From assembly GCA_050486505.1 (NCBI GenBank), contig JBJHDK010000015.1, positions 23,616-39,102 of the forward strand: DNA of 15,487 nt, read 5' to 3'. The notes under the pieces are model-generated. The model had not been told where the DNA came from. It saw nothing but the letters and a program-made list of their open reading frames with translations, and did not search any database. The position numbers and the translations under genes were made by a program. Source of the stretch: Fibrobacteria bacterium (GTDB lineage: Bacteria > Fibrobacterota > Fibrobacteria > UBA11236). Below, piece by piece: positions 1 to 7,130 of the stretch. Numbering within the stretch: the stretch's first letter is position 1; every line of letters begins with the position of its first letter.

Positions 1-1854
1 ACGCTCACTGGTGGTGTCGTGGTGGCGGCGCTGGTGGCTGTCAACGCTGCTGGCGATGTCATCGACGATACTGGCGCTATTATCGCCGGAGTGCGCCAAC
101 CGCCAGACGGCCAGACCTTCGCCGGGCGCTCGCGTGCCGGCTTGATCGGCCTTGCGGACAGCCTGCAAGGCGGTACCGGCGCCACCGGCGGAGAGCACTT
201 CGACGTGAGCCCGATGCCCGGGTTCGGCGACGGTTTCACGTTCTCCGCGTGGACCTACATCACATCGCTGACCAACCGCAGCTGGATGCGCTTCTTCGAC
301 TTCGGCAACGGGGAGGCCCAGGACAACATCTTCTTCGGGCGACAGGGCACGGGCACGACGATGATTTTCGACGTGTTCCCGGGCCAGGCCATTACCCAGA
401 CCGGGCAGATCGTGGCGAATGAGTGGCGGCACATTGCCGCCACGATTTCGGCATTCAACGAATCCACGCTCGAACAGTCGATCCGCATGTACGTGAACGG
501 TGCGCAGGTCGGGGACGCGAGCACGGCGAGCTACGAGAGCGTGATCCGCAATTCGAGTTTCATCGGTCGCTCCAACTGGGCGGATGCGACGTTCACCGGG
601 TTCATGGACGAGGTGCGGGTCTCGGAGGTCGAGCGTTCCGCGGACTGGCTCAAGCTGAGCTTCGAAACCCAGAAGGCGACGGCGACGGCGGTGACTTTGG
701 GCGCGACCCAGACGCAGACGGTGAAGGCCATGTACTACGGGGAACAAACCCCCACCTATCTCGTGAATGCGGCGATCACCCCCAACACTCCGGTCGTGTC
801 GGGGACTGCGACCGCATTTTCCGTCTCTTCGGGAACCCTTCCCGCCGGGTTGAGCCTTAACACGACGACCGGCGTCATCAGCGGCACGCCGACCACGGTG
901 GCGGCCCAGGCCCAGGTGGTCATCAGCGCCACCGTTAACAGCAACCCGGTTCTGGACACCCTCAGGATCACGATTTCCGCAGGGGATCCCCCCGGCCCCC
1001 CCACCAATGTCAGCGCAACGCGCGGCAATGCCCAAGCCACGGTTTCCTGGACGGCCCCCCTGATCAGCGGGACTTCTGCGATTACGTCCTACCTCGTCCG
1101 CGCGACTTCAGATACGACGAAGGGGTGCACCTGGACGACCGGCGACCTGAATTGCACCGTCACGGGGTTGACGAACGGTACAGCCTATTCGTTCGTCGTG
1201 CGCGCGGTGAGCAGCGTCGGTGCGGGAGCGTCTTCCGACTCTTCGGCTCCCGTGATTCCCGCCACGACCCCGGGTGCGCCGACGAACGTCACCGCGGCGC
1301 AGGCGACGGGCACGGAAACGTCGGCGGCCGTGACGGTTTCGTGGACGGCGCCTGCGAATGACGGGGGGCTTCCTGTGACGGGAACCTTCGTCTTCGGGAA
1401 CCCGGGCGGGTTGTGCTTTGCCGCGGCTCCCGCCACCAGTTGCAGCGTGACCGGCCTCGAGTACGGTACGGCATACACCTTCAGGGCTTCGTCCTCGAAC
1501 GCGATCGGCGCCGGCGACACATCGGCGGCATCGGCAGCAATCACCCCGGTGGGGATTCTGCCCGGGAGCTTCGCGATCCAGAAAACGGGCCTCTCCGGGG
1601 CCTTTACGTTCACGCTTTCGGAACAGGCGATCGCCAGTACGGAGGCCTTCACCCTGTCGATCAGCGATCTCTGGGGGCGTACCGTGTGGACCCGCACGGT
1701 GCATCCGTCAAGGGACAACATCCGCGAGGTGGCCTGGAACGGCCGAAATACGAGCGGCAGGGAAGTTTCTGCGGGCGTGTATCTCGTGCGCGTTCAAACC
1801 ATCAGTGGAGGCGCGGCGTTGAATTTCGTCCAAAAAGCCACGAATACCCGCTGA
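1..1854 (+). CDS. Array paralogue 1 (5'-partial): LamG/ConA-like domain + He_PIG-type Ig + 2x FN3 + FlgD-Ig-like C-terminal domain; the first ~115 nt are not homologous to the family
   Basis: Frame 1 is open from nt 1 to TGA at 1852-1854. LamG-type motifs RFFDFGNG..DNI, WRHIAAT, MYVNG, FTGFMDEVR; Ig motif LPAGLSLNTTTGVISGTPT; FN3 motifs VSWTAP and GLTNGTAYSFVVRA; C-terminal WNGRNTSGREVSAGVYLVRV. No signal peptide or DUF2341 region lies in the window. Confidence 0.85.
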   Translation, partial: TLTGGVVVAALVAVNAAGDVIDDTGAIIAGVRQPPDGQTFAGRSRAGLIGLADSLQGGTGATGGEHFDVSPMPGFGDGFTFSAWTYITSLTNRSWMRFFDFGNGEAQDNIFFGRQGTGTTMIFDVFPGQAITQTGQIVANEWRHIAATISAFNESTLEQSIRMYVNGAQVGDASTASYESVIRNSSFIGRSNWADATFTGFMDEVRVSEVERSADWLKLSFETQKATATAVTLGATQTQTVKAMYYGEQTPTYLVNAAITPNTPVVSGTATAFSVSSGTLPAGLSLNTTTGVISGTPTTVAAQAQVVISATVNSNPVLDTLRITISAGDPPGPPTNVSATRGNAQATVSWTAPLISGTSAITSYLVRATSDTTKGCTWTTGDLNCTVTGLTNGTAYSFVVRAVSSVGAGASSDSSAPVIPATTPGAPTNVTAAQATGTETSAAVTVSWTAPANDGGLPVTGTFVFGNPGGLCFAAAPATSCSVTGLEYGTAYTFRASSSNAIGAGDTSAASAAITPVGILPGSFAIQKTGLSGAFTFTLSEQAIASTEAFTLSISDLWGRTVWTRTVHPSRDNIREVAWNGRNTSGREVSAGVYLVRVQTISGGAALNFVQKATNTR

Positions 1855-1886
1855 TTCGGGCTTTCCGGAGCCGTTAAGTCTGCCCG

Positions 1887-1918
1887 AAGCCCCTGCTCCC
1901 CTAGAGCAGGGGCTTTTT
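1887..1918 (+). terminator. Intrinsic terminator after paralogue 1
   Basis: 12-bp stem AAGCCCCTGCTC / GAGCAGGGGCTT, 5-nt loop, followed by a T run. Confidence 0.85.
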
Positions 1919-2077
1919 CGTGCATTCGGGGCAATTCCCAAGAAAGATGAAAATTTGGCAGCAATTCCCGTCTTTCGCGATATTTTAAAGAGACGTGGAA
2001 GTGTGAAACTGCACTTCAATCAAACTCATGAACCAGGAGATTCCATAAGGATCAACCAACCAGAGAGAGGAGATACA

Positions 2078-4360
2078 ATGAAAACCGTAGCACTGCTGGC
2101 GACCGCGGCACTTCTTGCCGGGGCCGTTCAGGCGCAGACCTTGGGGACGTGGGCGAATTATCGCAACGTCACCATCAATACCACGAATTCGGACGGGGGT
2201 GCCAATGTCAGCGGCACCGTGACCAATTACCCGGTCCTCGTCCGCCTCAGCAACGCGCACGACAGTCTTGGAGCGAACGTGTTGTCGGGGGCCTTGGCAG
2301 GTGGAGCGGATCTCCGTTTCACGAACGCCGCGGGAACCGAAATCCTTCCGCATGAGATCGACTACTGGTCCGCCACGGATGCGGCGATCTGGGTACGCGT
2401 TCCCAGCGTGGCCGGCAACGGCACGACTACCATCCGCATGTACTGGAACCGGGCCGGAACGCCGAGCGCTTCCGACGGCTCGGAGGTGTTCCGCTCCTCG
2501 GACGGCTTTATCGGAGTCTGGCATATGGGTGGTCCCGACGGTCCGCGTCCCAATGCGGTGGGGCCGGGCAACCCGGCGACTCCGGTCAACGCCGCGGGAA
2601 CTTTCGAGGGGCGTTCGCGCCCCGGCATCATCGGTCTCTCAGACAGCCTCGCCGGCGGCGGCTCGGGCGGGGCAGGGGAGCACTTCGATCTCGGTCCCGG
2701 CTTCAACGATTTCAGCCAGGGGTTGACCTACACTTCCTGGACCTACTTCACGACCTTCACCGGCAGCTGGTGGCGCTGGTTCGACATCGGCAACGGTCCC
2801 GGGCAGGATGAAATCTGGCTGGGTCGGAACGGGAATACCGCCACCCTGACGTTCGAGAATGCGACATCCGGAACGGGCGATCGCACGAGCCTGACGAACG
2901 TCATCACGACGGGCAACCAGAACCGCTGGATGCACGTGGGGTTGACCGTGGGTCCGTTCTCGGGAGGGTCCGCTCCCGTCAACATCTACATCGACGGCGG
3001 CGCGCAGACCCAGTCGGGAACCTCCTCGAGTGCCTTCCCGGTGGTGGAGCGCACTTTGAATTACCTCGCACGCTCGAACTGGGGATCCGATGCCTTCTTC
3101 CGCGGCTTCATGGATGAGCAGCGCATGTTCAACGTGCAGAAGTCGGCCGACTGGATCAAGCTCGACTACGAAACGCAACGACTGGAAGCGACAGCCGTGC
3201 GCCTGGGTGCGACGCAGACGCAGACCGTGAAGGCCATGTTCTACGGCGATCAGCAGCCCACATACCTCGTCAATGTCGCCATCAGCCCGAACAACCCGGT
3301 GGTTTCAGGCTCGGCCAGCGGCTTCTCCGTGACGTCGGGGACCTTGCCCGCGGGCTTGAACCTGAACAGCTCGACCGGCGTGATCTCGGGCACCCCCACC
3401 ACGGTGGCGGCCCAGACCCAGGTCGTCATCGGCGCCACGGTGAACAGCAACCAGGTGCTCGATACCCTGAGGATCACGATCACGGCAGGGGATCCCCCCA
3501 ATGCCCCCACCAACGTGGTGGCGATTTCCGGCAATGCCGAGGCGACGGTGAGCTGGTCGGCGCCGGTGATCACGGGCACGACGCCCATCACCAGCTACGT
3601 CGTCAGGGCGGTGGAGGACACCAGCAAGACCTGCACGTGGTCGACGGGCGATCTGAACTGTACGGTGACGGGACTGACGAATGGAACGGCTTACACGTTC
3701 ACGGTCAGGGCAGTGAACAGCGTGGGCCCGAGCCCGGCGTCGGCTCCCTCCGCTGCCGTGACTCCGGCCACGCGGCCCAGCGCCCCGACGAATGTCCAGG
3801 TGAGCCAGCTTTCGGGCTCGGGCCAGACGGCGACGGCCCGGGTGTCCTGGACGGCCCCCGCTTCGGACGGCGGCCAGTCGATCACGGGGAGCTTCGTCTT
3901 CGGGACACCGAGCGGCGCATGTTTCGCACCGGCCGGCGACACGACCTGCACGGTCGGGAACCTCGCCTACGAAACCGAGTACACGTTCCGGGTCGCGGCC
4001 TCGAACTCCGTCGGCATGGGAGACACCTCCCAGGCTTCGAATGCCTTGACGCCGGTCGGCATTCTGCCCGGGACCTTTGCGATCCAAAAGACGGGGCTTT
4101 CGCAGCCGTTCACGTTCACGCTCTCGGAGCAGGCCATGGCCAGTACCGAAGCCTTCACGCTCTCGATCAGCGATGTGTGGGGACGGACGATTTGGTCCCG
4201 CACCGTGCATCCCTCGCGGGACAATGTCCGTGAACTGACCTGGAACGGCCGGAATACGAGTGGCCGGGACGTCTCGGCCGGTATGTACCTGGTTCGGGTG
4301 CACATGGTGAGCGGCGGAGTCGCGACCAACTTCGTGCAAAAGGCGAGCAGTTTGCGTTGA
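2078..4360 (+). CDS. Array paralogue 2: secreted DUF2341-like + LamG + He_PIG + 2x FN3 + FlgD-Ig-like CTD protein (760 aa)
   Basis: The start is reassigned from 1955 to ATG 2078: GAGGAG SD upstream and a 19-aa signal peptide MKTVALLATAALLAGAVQA|Q. DUF2341-like motifs GADLRFT..LPHEIDYW..AAIWVRVP..IRMYW; LamG WFDIGNG, IYIDG, GFMDEQR; same stalk and CTD as copy 1. Confidence 0.9.
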   Translation: MKTVALLATAALLAGAVQAQTLGTWANYRNVTINTTNSDGGANVSGTVTNYPVLVRLSNAHDSLGANVLSGALAGGADLRFTNAAGTEILPHEIDYWSATDAAIWVRVPSVAGNGTTTIRMYWNRAGTPSASDGSEVFRSSDGFIGVWHMGGPDGPRPNAVGPGNPATPVNAAGTFEGRSRPGIIGLSDSLAGGGSGGAGEHFDLGPGFNDFSQGLTYTSWTYFTTFTGSWWRWFDIGNGPGQDEIWLGRNGNTATLTFENATSGTGDRTSLTNVITTGNQNRWMHVGLTVGPFSGGSAPVNIYIDGGAQTQSGTSSSAFPVVERTLNYLARSNWGSDAFFRGFMDEQRMFNVQKSADWIKLDYETQRLEATAVRLGATQTQTVKAMFYGDQQPTYLVNVAISPNNPVVSGSASGFSVTSGTLPAGLNLNSSTGVISGTPTTVAAQTQVVIGATVNSNQVLDTLRITITAGDPPNAPTNVVAISGNAEATVSWSAPVITGTTPITSYVVRAVEDTSKTCTWSTGDLNCTVTGLTNGTAYTFTVRAVNSVGPSPASAPSAAVTPATRPSAPTNVQVSQLSGSGQTATARVSWTAPASDGGQSITGSFVFGTPSGACFAPAGDTTCTVGNLAYETEYTFRVAASNSVGMGDTSQASNALTPVGILPGTFAIQKTGLSQPFTFTLSEQAMASTEAFTLSISDVWGRTIWSRTVHPSRDNVRELTWNGRNTSGRDVSAGMYLVRVHMVSGGVATNFVQKASSLR
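4079..4143 (+). repeat. 65-bp exact repeat shared with 6595-6659 (start of the CTD in paralogues 2 and 3)
   Basis: GCGATCCAAAAGACGGGGCTTTCGCAGCCGTTCACGTTCACGCTCTCGGAGCAGGCCATGGCCAG is identical at both sites, within a ~280-bp highly similar block. Confidence 0.9.
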
Positions 4361-4386
4361 CCCGCGAAATCTCCGGATTTTCAAGG

Positions 4387-4413
4387 AAAAGCTCCTCTTT
4401 CGGGGAGCTTTTT
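4387..4413 (+). terminator. Intrinsic terminator after paralogue 2
   Basis: AAAAGCTCCTC-TTTC-GGGGAGCTTTTT hairpin (one G-U pair) with a T tail. Confidence 0.85.
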
Positions 4414-4575
4414 CTGTTGCCGGGGTGCCGCCAGGGATGCGGTGCCGTCACTTTCCTGAAAATTTCCCCCCACGAAACCAGTCCCAAGTGATAACTTACC
4501 ATGCACTTGACGATGTGAAAATTTTCATTTCGGCAAAGCAATTGCGTTTAGACCAATTCACAGGGGAGAGACATC

Positions 4576-6876
4576 ATGAAAAAGCTCATTGCAGCCGCGG
4601 CCTTGTGTGCCATGGCAGGGGTGGCTGTTGCCCAGCCGGTGCAGACTTGGGGCCGCTATCAAGACATCACGATTAATACAACGGCCACTGGGGGCGGCGC
4701 GAATGTGGCGGGCCCGGTCACGAATTTTCCGTTGCTGGTTCGTCTGAACACGACGAATGCCTCGGCGATGTTCGCCGAGGTTCTCCCCGGCGGAGCGGAT
4801 CTGCGTTTTGCGGATGCGAACGGCACGCAGCTCGCGTACAGCATTGAAAGCTGGTCCGACACGGCGGCGATCGTGTGGGTCCGCATGCCCGTCGTGGCCG
4901 GGAACGGCAACACGCAATTGCGCATGTACTGGGGCAAGGCGGGGCAGGCCAGCGCCTCCAACAGCGCTGCGACATTCGATGGTTTCACCGGCGTGTGGCA
5001 CATGAACGAAGCCCAGGGAACGGGGCCGCAGGACGCGACGTCGAACGGAATCAACTTCACCGCGCATGGCGCGGTTTCCTCCGTGCCCGGCATCATCGGC
5101 AATGCCCGTTATTACAACGAGGGCGAGGCGAGCACGGGAAATGATGCGGGGAGCATGACGACCTACAAGGTCGACTCCATCAACAACACGGCTGCGAGCA
5201 ACGGCGCTCTCCTGCGCGCGCAGGCGAACGCGGCGATCACCGTGTCGGCCTGGGTGAATCGCCAGGGCGGAAGCAACGGCGCATCCGGCATCTTCGGCCA
5301 GTTCCGTTACTCCGCCGGCGCGCATCGCAGCTGGTCCCTGCTGCGCAATGCCAGCGGGTACCGGGTGATCGTGTCCACGGAGGGAACCGGGGACGACATC
5401 AGCGTGGTGACGCCGACCAACTGGGGCGCGGCGACGAACAATCAATGGCATCACGTGACGGCGACCATTTCCGCCGTGGACGGCGTGCGGATTTACGTCA
5501 ACGGCAACCTCGAGGCGACCGAGACCACGCCTGCACAGCCCTTCATTGCGACCAACGCCGCCGCGCGCCCCTTGATCGGCGCGCTTGAGCGCAACTTTTC
5601 GCAACGCTTCGTCGGCTACGTCGACGAACTGCGCTTCGTGAATGGCGCGGTCCGGAGCCCGGAGTGGGTCAAGCTCGACTACGAGACCCAGCGTGCCGGG
5701 GCCACGGCCCTGACATTCGGTGCGGCGCAAACCAACGACACATCGCGCGTCTTCCTGTACCCCCAGAAGGTTGCGAGCTATACCCAGAACGTGCAGATCA
5801 CCCCGAACATTCCTTTCATCAGGGAAGGCAACACGGCGACGGCATTTTCGATCAACAACACGTTGCCCGCTGGTTTGAGCTTCAACACGACCACCGGCGT
5901 GATTTCAGGGACACCGACGGCGTTGGCCGCCTCGGCATCGTACATCGTGACGGCGACCATCGGTGGAAACCCGCATCGTGATACACTGACCATCGGGGTG
6001 GTTGCGGGGAATCCCCCCGGCGCTCCCACCAACGTGACGGCGGTTGCGGCTTCCGGCCAGGCGACCGTGACCTGGGCGGCTCCCTCCGTGAGCGGGACAA
6101 CGGCCATTACGGGGTACACCGTGACGGCGACGCCCGGTGGGGGGACGTGTTCCTGGACCACCGGCCCCTTGAGCTGCACGGTGACGGGGTTGACGAATGG
6201 AACCTCGTACACGTTCACTGTCGTGGCGTCCAACAGCGTCGGCCCGGGGCCCGCGTCCTCGCCTTCCACCGCAGTGACGCCCGCGGGACGCCCTGCGGCT
6301 CCGACCGGCGTGGCGGTAGCCTTGCTCTCCGCAGCCGGGCAGCAAGCGACGGCGACGGTGTCCTGGACGGCTCCGGCATCTGACGGCGGTCTGCCGATCA
6401 CGGGTACCTTCGTGTTCGGGAGCCCGACGGGTGCCTGCTTCGCACCGGCGCCGAACACCAGTTGCACGGTCGGCAGTCTGACCTACGGGACGGCCTACAC
6501 CTTCCGCGCGGCCGCTTCCAATTCGGTTGGGATCGGGGACACATCTGCGGCATCCGAAGCTTTTACACCGGTGAATCTCATGCCCGGCAGCTTCGCGATC
6601 CAAAAGACGGGGCTTTCGCAGCCGTTCACGTTCACGCTCTCGGAGCAGGCCATGGCCAGCACCGAAGCCTTCACATTGTCGATCAGTGATGTGTGGGGAC
6701 GGACCATCTGGTCCCGTACCGTGCACCCCTCGCGGGACAATGTTCGTGAGCTGACCTGGAACGGCCGGAACACGAGTGGCCGGGAAGTCTCTGCCGGCAT
6801 GTACCTGGTTCGGGTCCACATGGTGAATGGCGGAGTCGTCACCGACTTCGTGCAGAAGGCTGGCAGTCTTCGCTGA
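4576..6876 (+). CDS. Array paralogue 3: same architecture, most divergent LamG head (766 aa)
   Basis: SD GGGGAG; signal peptide MKKLIAAAALCAMAGVAVA|Q; GADLRFAD..LAYSIESW..VWVRMP; LamG ITVSAWV, WHHVTAT, IYVNG, FVGYVDELRF; LPAGLSFNTTTGVISGTPT; two FN3; CTD. Confidence 0.9.
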   Translation: MKKLIAAAALCAMAGVAVAQPVQTWGRYQDITINTTATGGGANVAGPVTNFPLLVRLNTTNASAMFAEVLPGGADLRFADANGTQLAYSIESWSDTAAIVWVRMPVVAGNGNTQLRMYWGKAGQASASNSAATFDGFTGVWHMNEAQGTGPQDATSNGINFTAHGAVSSVPGIIGNARYYNEGEASTGNDAGSMTTYKVDSINNTAASNGALLRAQANAAITVSAWVNRQGGSNGASGIFGQFRYSAGAHRSWSLLRNASGYRVIVSTEGTGDDISVVTPTNWGAATNNQWHHVTATISAVDGVRIYVNGNLEATETTPAQPFIATNAAARPLIGALERNFSQRFVGYVDELRFVNGAVRSPEWVKLDYETQRAGATALTFGAAQTNDTSRVFLYPQKVASYTQNVQITPNIPFIREGNTATAFSINNTLPAGLSFNTTTGVISGTPTALAASASYIVTATIGGNPHRDTLTIGVVAGNPPGAPTNVTAVAASGQATVTWAAPSVSGTTAITGYTVTATPGGGTCSWTTGPLSCTVTGLTNGTSYTFTVVASNSVGPGPASSPSTAVTPAGRPAAPTGVAVALLSAAGQQATATVSWTAPASDGGLPITGTFVFGSPTGACFAPAPNTSCTVGSLTYGTAYTFRAAASNSVGIGDTSAASEAFTPVNLMPGSFAIQKTGLSQPFTFTLSEQAMASTEAFTLSISDVWGRTIWSRTVHPSRDNVRELTWNGRNTSGREVSAGMYLVRVHMVNGGVVTDFVQKAGSLR
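6595..6659 (+). repeat. Second copy of the 65-bp exact repeat (see 4079-4143)
   Basis: Direct base-by-base comparison with 4079-4143. Confidence 0.9.
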
Positions 6877-6889
6877 TCTGGCAGTCGCC

Positions 6890-6926
6890 AACAAAAAAGC
6901 CTCCCTTTCGGGGAGGCTTTTTTGTT
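6890..6926 (+). terminator. Intrinsic terminator after paralogue 3
   Basis: 16-bp inverted repeat AACAAAAAAGCCTCCC / GGGAGGCTTTTTTGTT with loop TTTCG. Confidence 0.9.
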
Positions 6927-7130
6927 TGGGAGATATGAAAACACATTGACACCGATCTTTTACGTACGCTCCGTGCATGTGAAAGAAGCATGGAACGTAC
7001 TTTACAGAAATTTCACGGGCGAAAATCCGGGTTCCGGGTTATATTCCGCCAAAGTTGCCGTAGCTTGGACAGGTTTCGTGCTTCGGTGACTGGTTTACCC
7101 GCGTAAAAGTTCAACATTCAGGGGAGAGAA

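Noticed and set aside
1955..2077. ORF-track N-terminal extensions of copy 2 (and of copy 5 at 9616, and Smr at 13255)
   Set aside because: Downstream ATGs have SD sequences and give proper signal peptides or domain starts; the extensions run through spacers or another gene.
4076..6876. Diversity-generating retroelement TR/VR pair suggested by the near-identical 3' ends of copies 2 and 3
   Set aside because: Both copies are coding, mismatches are mostly synonymous third positions and not adenine-specific, and no reverse transcriptase is in the window.
6946..6975. Perfect TTGACA -35 box upstream of copy 4
   Set aside because: There is no credible -10 hexamer at 16-18 nt spacing (TACGCT is only 13 nt away), so it was not called as a promoter.
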